Positions 42,889 through 55,648 of a DNA stretch of 64,000 nucleotides are shown piece after piece. The position numbers were made by a program, and so were the translations under genes. Source of the stretch: Chrysomallon squamiferum (Eukaryota > Animalia > Mollusca); assembly GCA_012295275.1 (NCBI GenBank), contig CM022673.1, positions 12,958,001-13,022,000 on the forward strand, read 5' to 3'. Within the stretch, counting starts at the first letter, position 1; every line of letters begins with the position of its first letter. Below the pieces are notes generated by a model. The model had not been told where the DNA came from. It searched no databases and saw only the letters and a list, made by a program, of their open reading frames with translations.

Positions 42889-43722
42889 TACTCTAACAAA
42901 AAAGAAACGCAAAAGTTGATTTTATTGACATTGGGAATATCTATTTAATGGATCAACAGAAAGCAGCAGAATGTTCCCATTTTACATATGCTTTAGGGTT
43001 CAAATCCGGAGATTTAGAGGACCAGGGCAGGACCTGAATGTTATTGTTGTGTAGGTATGCTGTTGTGAATCTGGCTGTTGGAGCGACATGTGGCTGCAAA
43101 ATTTCATCTCGGCATTTCTGTGCCGTTAAGTCGCCTTGGATGTGAACCAGGTTGGTCCTGCCAGTGTATGAGATTGCTGCCCACACCTTCGCACTACGAC
43201 CGCCAAATCTGTCCGCTTCCTGAATGTAGTTTGCAGCAAAACGTTCACCACGACGTCTGTAAACTCGACATCTTCCATCAGCTCGACGAAGCAGAAATCG
43301 AGCCTCGTCACTAAACCAGACAGTTCTCCATCGTAACTGAGGCCAGACTGTGCACTTGACACCACTGACGTCGTACATGGAACACCCGGGCTACGGCCGA
43401 GAAGGATTCGCCAGCTTGTAAACGGCCGATGGCGTTGTTTCGTTGCGGTTCACTCAGAATAAAAATAACGAACAGAAGTTTTCGAAAACCTTGCATTTTT
43501 ATAACCCTCGTACTGAAGTTTCATGTGCGGCACGTGCCCATGGACTGGTAACGTGGTTTTGGCTAATAAACACGATCATAGCCATTATTTTGTGTTACCT
43601 GCTTTTTGGCGACTGCTATACGTTTGAATCATCAGCTGTCATTATATTCATAGTTTGTATATGTCAGTTTACAATAGTTATCTAAGAATTCAACCATTTT
43701 GCGTTTCTTTTTTGGGAGAATA
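42889..43722 (-). mobile_element. Internally deleted Tc1/mariner element with a transposase remnant
   Basis: TA-flanked TIRs of about 30 bp (CTCTAACAAAAAAGAAACGCAAAA / TTTTGCGTTTCTTTTTTGGGAGAA). There is an HTH fragment AIGRLQAGESFSAVARVFHV and catalytic fragments WRTVWFSDEARF, VWAAIS and LPWSSKSPDLNP. The DNA-binding linker, the QQDNA motif and the catalytic E are missing. Confidence 0.9.
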
Positions 43723-44007
43723 TAATTAAAGGAAAATATAATAATTAAAAAAATATATGCTAAAAAATAAATGTTTTGGAAAAAACAAAACACATCATTT
43801 ATTTATATATTTTGCAATTAAGGAAACATTATGTCGTAAGAGTAAAATTGTACATTAAAAAAGAAAATATACATGAATTTTAATCTTATATTAATATGGA
43901 ATCTAGCCTTCTTCAGTCATCGTCATGTAAAGATGATATCCGAAATAATTTTTTTTAAAAACATTAATTACAATTGTCGTCACTACTTACAAATTTTAAA
44001 ACTACAC

Positions 44008-44143
44008 CAGGGACGAATCGAGCATTGAAAAAAAGGTTAGAAACTTACAAACAGAAATGAGTTTAATTATAAAGAAAATTACGTTCGGCAAAGCATTGTG
44101 GGAAATTCTGTTTAATGTTCTCTCCCCTCCAGATCCGCCCCTG
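44008..44143. mobile_element. Short MITE-like element
   Basis: Imperfect TIRs CAGGGACGAATC...GATCCGCCCCTG of the CAGGGGCGGATC type. No clear target-site duplication. Confidence 0.5.
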
Positions 44144-44148
44144 GGTAC

Positions 44149-44672
44149 TTACCTTTTTCCTATTAGGGGGGCAGGCTGGGCGGGTGCCGCAGGGACAAGT
44201 CTCAGCTGAGCCATTCCTGTTCTGGTAGCTGTGTTGTTGTGTTTGACGATGGTGCTGTGGTGATGATGATGGTGGCAACAACAACATGCATCTCCCATAG
44301 CAACGAGACACGCTGAAACTGAATATTTGGGATAATGATTTTGTTTAATTGTTTAGTTTATTATTGAGCATAGTCGACATGTACGATTACGTACATTCTT
44401 ATTAATTCTAAACAGAATACATACCTATGAACATACACATATTCTTTTTTTTTTATCTTCCTCTTTGTACATAATAAAAATTAAAAATTAAAATCTATAT
44501 GGAGCCTAAATTTACCACTGAAATAAATAAATAATTAGACAACAACAATAATAAACAAACAAACAAACAAACATACAAAAATACTAAAACGCAAATAAAC
44601 AAAATAAATTAAAACAGAAAATAAATACATGAAATTTAGCTTACCAATCAAGAAAACAACAGCAATTTTCAT
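44149..44672 (-). CDS. Secreted Cys4/poly-His peptide precursor B (63 aa, GKR amidation signal)
   Basis: Exon 1 44672-44645 (donor G|GTAAGC) joins exon 2 44312-44149 (acceptor TTTCAG) to give MKIAVVFLIACLVAMGDA|CCCCHHHHHHSTIVKHNNTATRTGMAQLRLVPAAPAQPAPLIGKR*. TATAAA at 44727-44722. Confidence 0.8.
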
Positions 44673-45221
44673 AGTTTTAAAAATTAAATTTTTAACAAAA
44701 CAACTGTTGTAAATTAGCTATTTTATAAAAATGGAAAAAATCGTGAATATATACAACTATACCAGGAAAGGGAAAGTAATAAAATCTTATCCTGTTTTAA
44801 CAAAAACCTTATTTACTTTCATTGATTTCATCTCTTTATTCATTTCATGAACGGCTTTGTGGTCGCTTATGTTATTTCAAACAAAACATTCTTTTATACT
44901 TTTTTTTTTTTTTTTTTCAAAAATACTTGAAAGAAAATAATTTCACTTACAAGTTTTAAAAAAAAAAATAAAAATAAATAAAATGAATAAACAAAAACAT
45001 TCTGTTCCTTATTTTTATATATATATATTTTATTATAATAATTTATATCAAAGTATTTCTTTGCGACCCAGTCTTGGATTCTGTCTCATACATTTTGTTC
45101 TTTCTCTTCTTCTTCTTAATACAAAATAAGACGTTTTATATATATCTTTGACAGATTTATTTTTGCTTCTTCCTTCTCTTGATCCTCATGCTTATTAATT
45201 CAGATACCCACTCATTCTTTA

Positions 45222-45417
45222 CCTGTCTGTCTGTTTATCTATCTGTCTGAATCTATCTCTCCCTATGCCGGTCTGTCCGTCTGTCTCTCTGTCTATATTT
45301 CTATGTATTTATCTGTCTATAAATATCTCTATCTGTCTGTCTCTCTCTCTTTCTCTTTATTTATATATCCAGCAATCTATGTATGTATATGTATATATTT
45401 ATATATCTGTCTATCTG

Positions 45418-45450
<33 letters not shown>

Positions 45451-45600
45451 AATCTATCAGTCTATCTATTTATCTCTCTGTCTATCTGTCTGTCTCTCTG
45501 AATATCTGTCTGTATGTCTGTATGTATGTCCGTCTGTCTGTTTATCTATATGTCTGTATTTCAGTCTTCTATTTGTCTGTCTGTCTGACATTCTCTCTAT
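45222..45600. repeat. Degenerate (CTAT/CTGT)n simple-repeat tract
   Basis: Seen directly; it accounts for the spurious YLSI/SIYL ORFs here. Confidence 0.9.
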
Positions 45601-47635
45601 CCCTTAATTATTATTAACATTAATAAAATAGAATTTAATTTTCAAGCTGTCCTGTCGCATGCCGACTAACTGGCTATGTTAAAGGAGTTTGGTAAGATAT
45701 TAAACATAGCACCAAAATGTGACCTATGAGTTTTATTTGCTTTTTCAGCCTTATCATGAACAGCTAAAAGTAAGTGAGACTAATTTTCCGCTAAATTAAA
45801 CATTTTAATTGTTTTAATTTTTTTTTTTTTTTTTTTTTTTTTAAAATTTTAATGTCAAATCACTAATTAAATCACATATAATTTTAACAGTTCACTGTCG
45901 TACAAAATGTGTGACAAATATCAGGCAACAGAAGTCACAGGAAAACAGATCGACCAAGAATGAAAGGCAAAATACTCGTTTTTATCTTACTTAGCAAAAC
46001 ATATTGTATACTCTCACCAAATCTTGGTCGTCTTAGTAAAATTAATGAGTCAAAGACACCTAGTCCATGGTGTTTGTTTCAGGATCGTTTGGAATGTCTT
46101 TTACGTCTAACTATCTGAGTTATGATTATAATTATGTGTCTGGTGTTGTATATTGTCCTAAACTGCGGTTATAAAATTATTTAGTCGTTTACGATCAATA
46201 ATAATTCAATAAATATTCGCTAATTTGTTTTATTTTATTTTATTATTATTACCTTATTTATTTATTTATTTATTTAGTTAGTTAGTTATTTGGTTTGTTT
46301 CTTTGTTAGAAACATTTTCCATGGCTAAAATAAAAATCAGAAATAGATTATGTTCCAAACTGACCTCCATCACAAACGTGTAGTAGCGCAAGGGAGGTAA
46401 TACAAAATTATTATTATTAATATTTATGTTTATTTATTTTTTTTTTTTCAGCACTGCATTTTTCTTTATTAGTATTTAATCTTCACTTCGTTTTTTTTTC
46501 CTGTTTTTTTTTATCCAGACTTTTTTCTTTCCCATCACTTGTTTACGAATCTCTCTCCGCTCTTTCCTTCTTTTTTTTTAAATTTTAATTTTATTACTTC
46601 CCAAGTTATTGTAAGTAGATAAATGAAATAAAACCAGAAAGCATCATTTTATGCTAAATCATATTTTATTATGAATTCGAGAATAAAAATAAATCCAAAC
46701 CCTATAATTATAACATAAATTTCGGATATCTGTAAAAAAATATAATATTCTTGTCCGAGGAAGAACTTTAGAAACCTTTGTGGTTTGACTTTGAGCTGAA
46801 CCTGAAAAAAAAAAAAAAAAAAAATAATAATAATAATAATAATAACAACAAAACCAACAACAACAACAATAATAATAAGAAGAAGAAACAAGATTTTTTT
46901 TTTTAATAATATATAAATAAATAAATAAAAAGTTTGGCAACAATATTTGATATTTTTAATTAAAACTAAAGATGAATTCAAGCTTCTGTAGCAGATAAAT
47001 AAAATTATTTACATTTAGTTCATGAAAACTGTGTTAAATAATTTTTGATGCAGTTAGGGAATTATTGTAATATGTATTTGCATTTCCCTGTCTTATTATA
47101 CGCGTATCTGGGAATCAGTGAATATTTGTAAAACAATTTACTTATATTATTATTATTATTTACCTTGTGAATTACAAAATCAGTGTATTAGTTTAATAAA
47201 TATTAAACACAAAGTAAATTAATTTCGTTTATGTATGTCTAAGTGTGCCTAAAACAATGTTTTTGTGTATGTTTATTTGTGAAGGTGTGCGTGCGTCCGT
47301 CCGTGTGAGAATCTGTTTAAATATATCGGTTTGTTATACATCTTTATTTTGTACATTTAATAACAAGTGCACATTAACAGATTTTTAGTTGTTAACTGTA
47401 TTATGTGAGTAGGAACAAAAGTATATTTATAAATATATTATTATTTATTTATTTTCTTCTTCTAATTCTTCTTCTTCTTCTTCTTCTTCTTCTTGTTATT
47501 ATTATTACTTTGTTTCTTTATATATTTTTGAGAGTGCATGCCTTTGTGTTTGTGTGTGTGTGTGTGTGGATGTGTGTGTGTGAAATTTTAACCTCTTACA
47601 TTTAGTTCACCATCAATATCTAACCACTGACTGTT

Positions 47636-47868
47636 CTAACCAGCGGCAACCAGAACTGGTTTGAGGACTGGAACAAGTTTGATTTTGTGTGTGTGTGATG
47701 ACTTGAAACTACAGCAGCAGTGTCCATCAGCCATAGAAACTATAGCTGCAACTGAAACAAATAAGAAAACAGAATATTAATATGTATTACGATGAATAAT
47801 TATGAATTATATTTATAATCAGGGATTGTTTGGAGAACAAAAAATTTCTGGAAGCAGTTAAATAAAGT

Positions 47869-47935
<67 letters not shown>

Positions 47936-48109
47936 TCAGAGTCGAATTCAGCAATATTTATCTTGTTAAACCACAACATTTAATAATAAATAAAATATAT
48001 ATAAAAAATAATAATAATAAATAAGTAAATAAATAAAAATAATGTATAAACGATAAGAAATAAATGACATACTTAACATTACGCAGAAAGCAACAAATTT
48101 CCATTCCAT
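47636..48109 (-). CDS. Secreted Cys3 cationic peptide precursor C (50 aa, C-terminal Gly amide donor)
   Basis: Exon 1 48109-48073 (donor A|GTATGT) joins exon 2 47751-47636 (acceptor TTGTTTCAG) to give MEWKFVAFCVMLIAAIVSMADG|HCCCSFKSSHTHKIKLVPVLKPVLVAAG*. TATAAA at 48191-48186. A candidate 3'UTR exon begins at the strong acceptor at 46801. Confidence 0.78.
47869..47932. repeat. (GA)n microsatellite in the intron of peptide gene C
   Basis: Seen directly. Confidence 0.95.
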
Positions 48110-48821
48110 TTTCGTTCTATATTTCTTGCAGTGTTTTATGAGTCATTTAAAATATCTTTACCTCACAAATTCATAAAATAATAGTTTTATACTCACTAAA
48201 GAAGGAAGCGTGTATGAACATCCAAATACCAGATTTGGAAGAAACCAATGTACGAATTAAAATATCAAATGATTTTAGAATGAATCATTTTTTTTATTTG
48301 AAGTTGTTTTGTTTTTGAGAAAAAAAAGTATTTTAACATCGACTTGAAAGTTTTCAGATTAGCAACGATTATCAAAAAGCCTATACCAAGCATTTTAACT
48401 CTTTGATCCTTTAAAAGAATTAATTCTTTTAGATCCCAGTTTATTTTTGAATGAACCATAATTTTCGTTTTTCTAGCCCGCATCAAACGCACGTGTTTCG
48501 TTTTCGTTAATAACGTAAAATGAAACCGGAATAGATAACTGTTGAAACAAACGCTAGTCCTTGATCATGTTCAGTTTGAAAGACATAAATGTGTCTGTTT
48601 GCAGACTGGTCAATTTAACAGCGGAGACGACGTCAACTGTTTCAGCAACATGACAGTGACCCCACGCCGAGAAATAAGTCGTGTGGTCACGCTCACGCTG
48701 ATAAAGAAAATAGACGTGCTGTTTTGTTTTATAACAAAGACAGTGATATTTACTTTGAATGAAGTTGCTAATATTTTTGGATCCTTTAATAAAAATTTTG
48801 GATCCTTTAATAAAAATGTAA

Positions 48822-48825
<4 letters not shown>

Positions 48826-48869
<44 letters not shown>

Positions 48870-48895
48870 AATATATATATATATATATATATATA
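48826..48895. repeat. (CT)n + (AT)n compound microsatellite
   Basis: Seen directly. Confidence 0.9.
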
Positions 48896-49059
48896 CACTC
48901 AAACTCTCTATCTAATATATCTATATTTTTGTATCTGTCTCTCACAGAGACATGAATATGCAAATAACAAAGAAAAAAGAAAAGACATACAAAAAATATT
49001 TATTTTTCATTAGCCGGATATCTTTTTTTTTTTTTTTTATTATTTTATTTTTATTTGAT

Positions 49060-49085
49060 TATCTATCTATCTGTCTGTCTGTATG

Positions 49086-49118
<33 letters not shown>

Positions 49119-49192
49119 ATATCTATCTATCCATCTATCTATCTGTCTGTCAATCTATCTATCTATCTATATTTATTTATTTATTTATTTAT
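49060..49192. repeat. (CTAT)n / (TTTA)n simple repeats
   Basis: Seen directly. Confidence 0.85.
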
Positions 49193-49814
49193 TTACAAAA
49201 GGCGAAAGACTTATTCTGGGCAGAGAACAAATGCAATATAATATCTGGATTTGAGCCATCATTATTTAAAATGAACAAAACTGATAAAATAAACAGCAAA
49301 CCCAACATTAGCATTAATAACAACATTTTATCTTATAATCTGACAACATATCTGCAAGAATTACTCCCCTTTATTCATAATTTCGATACCATGTTCTTTA
49401 TTTTCAAGATAGGATAATTGTGAGTTATTTCCCTTTACGATGTGTTATCTGTTTATAAAACTGGGATAGGCCTACGTGTGTGTTCGTTCATGTGTGTACT
49501 AGAAAGTACCAATGAAAGGTTAAATAAATAGATAAAAAAATCAAAATCAGGAGCAGCCTTATACAATCTATAATTGATTAACTAACTGAACCATTAGATC
49601 GATATCGTTAAGCAAAAAATTAGGTTTTTAAAAATGAACAGTAATTTCGGTTCTGTAATAAACCCACTGAAGCGAGCAGTACCGGATTTGGTTTTAGTTA
49701 CGTGAGAATAGTCGTATAATTAGTGGGACAGGATGAATCGGACATAAACCATAATTTAACAAGAAGTATATACGACATGTTTCTTCAACCCCTAAATTAT
49801 CGTTATTTCAGCAT

Positions 49815-50270
49815 CATTGCGCGCAATTAGAGTCAGAGTGTAATTCACTGACGTCATGAGATAATGACACTTTGTGCTCAACCGCAGTTGAAAAGAACAA
49901 TGCACGTGATGTCACATACCGCCAAGAGTTGTCACATAATTGGGGTATTTTTCTTAGTCCATAATTTCCGACGTCAACGAGGCGCACCCGCCGACTTGAC
50001 AAAGGTTTTATAACAAGAGCGTTGTGTTCGCTGTGTGTTTGATACGGTCGCGGAGATAGACGGGGCGTGTGGATTCAGTGTTGGTTTTCCTGCCCTGTTA
50101 TTATGTCGCTCTTTTATTACTGTATTTTATCATGACTAAACCACCCGCACGCCGCCGAGTCCAATAGGTACAACACCCAGGTACAACACCCAGGTACAAC
50201 ACCCAGGTACAACACCCAGGGAAGACAACACCCAGGTACAACACCCAGGGAAGAAAAGTCGCATCGGGGA
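49815..50270. promoter_or_regulatory. CpG-rich promoter- or enhancer-like island
   Basis: Dense CpGs, full CRE TGACGTCA at 49849-49856, E-box CACGTG near 49903, GC-box-like GGGGCGTG near 50062, and CCAAT at 50161. Confidence 0.45.
50166..50253. repeat. 13-bp tandem repeat (AGGTACAACACCC), about 6 copies
   Basis: Four perfect copies followed by units with AGGGAAG variants. Confidence 0.93.
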
Positions 50271-50991
50271 ATAGGATTTTTATTTACGATAAAAAATACT
50301 GAACTGTTGCAATGTATTTGTCTTATAACGTTATGTGTTTGTTGATTTCTTTATTATTATTTTGAAAAATATATATATATATATGTATATAATTTTGTTA
50401 CTTTACCACTAACATGGAGTAAAAAATATGGTATGTACACTTTTATCGAATTGGAAGAACTGAAAACAAAAAATACGAGACAGAGAATACAAATGACATT
50501 TATTTAAAAATAACGTTCCTTGTTATGAATTAAAATGTATTCTTGTACTCTAATTCAAAAGAAAGAAAATTTAACGTTCACACAAGATACAGTACTGAAT
50601 TACCCATGTGACAAATGTATGAAAAATGTCACTGCAAACTGTGACAAATATTCACATATCATATTTACATATTAATCGCCAAGGAACGTGCAGTTAGTGT
50701 TTGTACACGTGCTATTATGATGCAACCCGATATAAGCGGGTCGCCTTTAATGAGTGTTTATTGACCCGAACGTCGTAAATCTTAGTCTAATTAACCGGCC
50801 TGTCCCTGGCTATTTTACCTGTCTGTATTTATCCACAGAGTTGACTTTGTCAGATTTCACGGCCAGGTATTTCCTGTTCTCTGGAATGCTGACAACACCA
50901 CCTGTTATCTTCACATTACATGACACGAAGTCTTGATGATAATCGAATTGTTGATAAGTTAGTCAGATGATAAAGAAAACGTACTTAAATA

Positions 50992-51034
<43 letters not shown>

Positions 51035-52627
51035 CAAAAAAAAAAAAAAAAAAATGCAAGAAAATCACCTCGTTATTATTATTATTATTATTATTAATAC
51101 TAAAACAACAGCTTCTAAAATGGAATTGCTGTTTATTTATATCTGCATTCAGTTTGTTAAAATTTAAGTACTAAAATAAAAACGTAAAATAATAATTTAA
51201 TTATAAATACTACTACTACTACCACTACCAGTACTACTAATAACAATAATAAATTAATTATAAATAATACTACTACTACTAATAATACTAATATAATAAT
51301 AATATTAAATAGCACCAATATTATCAAAACAGGAGTTGTTTCCCTTTGAACGACGAGCACAAGCAAGGCATTAAAATGCATTTCAACAAATAATGGATAC
51401 AGAAACATTTAATCAACGTGATTTTATATGAAATCCATTTAAGTACGTCTGTCTTATACACGAACTGTAACTATGAAAGGGAATTCTCAATAACAGAACT
51501 GTTATTTGTATCACTATATTGTCAGCGAAAATCCACAGAGATGAATCGAGAATTCCCCATGGTTATGAAGACCATTTACTTTTATTTCGTTAATTTTCAG
51601 TGTCTGCAAATAAATGTCTGAAACGGTTATTATTAAATAAACGGTAACACGATACATATTGAAAATAAATATTTTATTAGTATTCTCTAATTTTAATTAT
51701 TTTGGTCGAAAATGAACTATCACTTCCGTTATTATAATTATTATATTATACTGCTTATTTTTACATTGTTATTATTTGGATTATTATTATCGTTGTTGTT
51801 GTTACTACTGCTACTACTACTACTGTTGTTATTTTGTTGTTGTTGTTGTTATTAACGTTAAAAGGCTTTATTAAACGCGTTCTTTCGATTTTTTAATTAC
51901 CATTCTTTGAGGCATTAGTCGTAACTTCAAACTTTTGAATAAGTGCAATGCTTTCAAAGCGATAATGTATCGATTTTATTAATTCTGAATCCTCATACTC
52001 TACCAAAATATCACTATGTCCCACATGAGATTTATATATTCAAGTTATTCCAACGTAAGGTATATCTTGTATTGAAAATCATCGACACAGAAACTATAGT
52101 TCAAGAATTTATGAAAATTATCGTAACTGGAATAAATTATTTCTACTTTTATTAAAATATTTTCAAACATTATTTTATTCCATGAATTAGAAATTATTCT
52201 TGAAAAAAAAAAAAAAAAAAACGGTTCGGACTAAGTGACCCGATTTCAACTCAAGGGGTACAGAAGTGGCTGGTGATACGACTGGAAAAGTGTGAGGTAC
52301 CGACACACCCTTCACACAGTCAACACGATCGTATTCTAAAAGCGACACATTAAAATTACTGATCACGTTCTGCTGAATTCCTAGCCTGACCCGCACTGAT
52401 CATGTGAAATAAATAAAACTGCACTTGTTTGCTCGCCATCACCTCTCTCATGTTTTCACTCCTTTATCTGGCTTATTGGCAGTTTCTCTGTGTGATCGTT
52501 CTTGTTTCTCTCGTTATTTCACTCTTCCTCCCCGATTTCTGTATCCACCTCCAGTTATCTATGTTTTATTGTCTGCTTCGTACTGTTTATCATCAGAGCT
52601 GATTTTCATTCTCACATTAAACGCAGT

Positions 52628-52662
52628 AATAATAATAATAATAATAATAATAATATAATAAT

Positions 52663-52705
<43 letters not shown>
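52628..52705. repeat. (AAT)n + (CAT)n microsatellite
   Basis: Seen directly. Confidence 0.9.
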
Positions 52706-52706
<1 letters not shown>

Positions 52707-54316
52707 ACGTTATCATACGTCTTCTGCAGAAAACAAAGGCACCAACATCAACACGAACAACACTATCAAATGCAACAGGGCGACCCTGTTCACAATCTAT
52801 TCGAGATCATGTTTGGAAGACCTCGCCTAGGAAAATATTTACTCTTTTCCAGCGAGAGGGAAACGGTTAAGTGATTGACTATTACAAGAAATACTTTCCA
52901 AACGACTCCGAGATTGAATTAACTCGAGGTACAGATTTTCAAGTTCAATTTGTTTGATCATGCCTGGTCACACGTGTCGAATAAAAGATAGCGCGGATGA
53001 TTTTTTTCGTCAACGCAGTTAAAGACGAAAATAAATTTGCCGAAGAGATAACGAAATCGGATTTAATTCAGTTGGTAAAATGTAGACGTTTTGACGCCAT
53101 GTTGACCAGATAGGCAAATTTCGTTAATTTGTTTTGTTCGGATTGGGAATTATTTATTTATTTATTTACTTTATTAGAAATTTCTGTTATTATAATAAAA
53201 TTTGTTTTAAAACAATTATTTCTGGAATATCTCTTCTTCTTCTTTTTTTTTTTTTTCTTCAATAATTAAGTATTCCGAAGTTTTTAATTCATTTATTTTA
53301 TTATTATTCGTCTTTATCAGCTATGTGGGTGGGTGGGTGTTTTGCAAGGGTGTATTTCTGTTATATGCTTATGGTGTAATGTTGTTATTGTTATTGTTAT
53401 AGTTAATATTTATTCTACTAATTCCGTATTATTAATATCAAAATGAACACACCTATGAAATTCTGGCCGTTATGTGACCTCTTGTAGTACCAAACAGCCG
53501 TCACATACCTACTAATACAGTGGTGCGCAGATCAAGAGATAAACACGGGTATTTGTACATACCGATAACAGGTCAATTCGAGTGCAGATGACGGCCGATA
53601 GTGCGGGAGATAATGCGAGATAAATTTACAATTAAAGGTTACGATCACACACAGTCGCATGTACAATACTACCGCAATCTGCTACGGAAATACAAGAGAC
53701 TATTTCCAATACTGTAACAGTAGAACAGGTTGCAAATATTCATCACAGTCTGCCCACGGCTGTCGTTTTTCAGTCTCATGGTAACGGCCGGATATAAACG
53801 TGAGGTAAATGGTATTTCAAGTTAATTTCTGTTAAAAATCCGGATTCAGTGAAATAAATAGGAGAATCCAGTATTGCAACAAACAAACAAACAAATAAAA
53901 ACTGTTTCCAGATTCGTAACACCAGGACAGCTTGCAATGCTTCGTCACGATTATTAATAGTCCTAAGGCAGTAAAATTTCAGCATGAAATGATATTTACA
54001 TATAAGACGTAAATTATTATTCCTAAAAATTAACTTCAGTAGAATAAACAGGATAATCCAGCATTGAAATGAATGAATGAATGAATAAATAAATAAATAA
54101 ATAAATAACTGAAGTGTTGTCACAAACAAATAAATGAACGAACAAATAGCACTAAAAAATATAAATAATAACAATAAAAAAAAAAAAATAAATAAAAGAC
54201 AGCTTAAAATATGTCATATGTCGACATTGGCAAAATATTCCATATTGGCTGTTGGATGTCAAAAATTATTTTTATTTCCGACTAGTACTGGGAAGAAACC
54301 ACTTATTATTATTATT

Positions 54317-54350
<34 letters not shown>

Positions 54351-55615
54351 CCAGACAAAACGGTATAAAATTTATAGTCTTCCTAATTCCGTATATTTTA
54401 CCAAAATGTTCAACCACAGCTTTGCAAATTTTATTACAAGTGACTGAATGACATAATAGGCAAAACCCTTGAAAATTATTATTTTTTTTATTTTTTTTTT
54501 TAAAGCAGTAATAACTGAAAATAACTAATATTTCTCCATTTTTATTTGTTATTACGGCTATTTTCCGACTCTTGTGAAACATTGCTTCCCAAGTACGTTT
54601 TTCTGATGCCAGAGTCGGATTATGAAGTGTACTCCAACATTTCGTTCTGAATTACTGTGAATGAGTTTGAATCTATTTCAGCTGTCACTGTGGCGGCACC
54701 GTGTCCAGTTCCACAAGGTCTGGGAGTAACTGTAAAAAGAACGAAGTAGCCAAAGCGACTATCAAAAAAGTCAAATTGTCACTTGCATGAAATACGCAAG
54801 AAATTGCACTGCGTGGAGTGGGGTCGTTGTAATTTAGTTTGTTGTGGTGTAAATTGCCATGTAAGCATTTCAAACAGACACACGTCTGCTTGTTTATCAG
54901 CGGTTATTTATCCTGGCTGCATACATCTTAAATTTAAGTACATTAATTGTCTGTGATGAACCAGTTCTTCGTGAAAAGTATCGGAAATGAATATCGAGCG
55001 CCAAAGATACGCCAATAATTCTGGATTGGGAAACAACCGCAGAAATCCCAGAAGTCCATCGATCGTAAAACATTTTACAAATTCTGTTAATAATAATAAT
55101 ATCTTTAACTCAGAGGGCTATTAACTATTTTCTTGCATGCCTTAATCAAATTTAATGCAGTTTGCTTAATCGTGTATTAAAGTCAAATGAATTCGCAGCA
55201 GTCAACGCTGTATATATTCCTAACAGCTGCATTTCGCCATACTTGAATACGATGTAAGCGTTGCAATTGAATTAATATTTTATTATTTCATCACGCTGAT
55301 AACGTACTCACTCGGATGTCGTAAGTCAGAAAAAAAAAAAAACAAGCGCTGGAAACGAAGAAGATTTGGAGGGGAAGAAAAAGTCCATTATACGCCAATT
55401 ATACGGTAATTGAGATTACGACCTGGACAGATCTCTCAGGAGAGATTCCGCTAATCGAGTAATGTCTATTCTCGGTCTATCCTACCCATTACTACATCAT
55501 TCTTTACAGCTAATTTCAATCCCCGTAACGTGGACACACCAATTATCTTCTTATTGGATTTTCTTCCTTGCAAGAAAAGTGGAGGGAAAGAACACACACA
55601 CACACACACATACAG

Positions 55616-55648
<33 letters not shown>

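Noticed and set aside
44063-44311. 82-aa ORF-track product MSRCYGRC...
   Set aside because: It is the wrong frame; the spliced CCCC-His6 frame matches the paralogs and completes a signal peptide.
45265-45617. ORFs rich in YLSI/SIYL, and similar poly-I, poly-F and ERER ORFs elsewhere
   Set aside because: They are translations of simple repeats.
48577-48600. miR-71-like start TGAAAGACAT
   Set aside because: Only the 5' part matches, the rest of the mature sequence diverges, and I found no convincing hairpin.
50166-50253. CRISPR-like repeat array
   Set aside because: The 13-bp units are head-to-tail with no unique spacers, there are no cas genes, and the context is eukaryotic.
52665-52705. 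(CAT)n tract as another poly-His peptide exon
   Set aside because: There is no CCC motif, signal-peptide end or suitable splice acceptor, and it is contiguous with an (AAT)n microsatellite.
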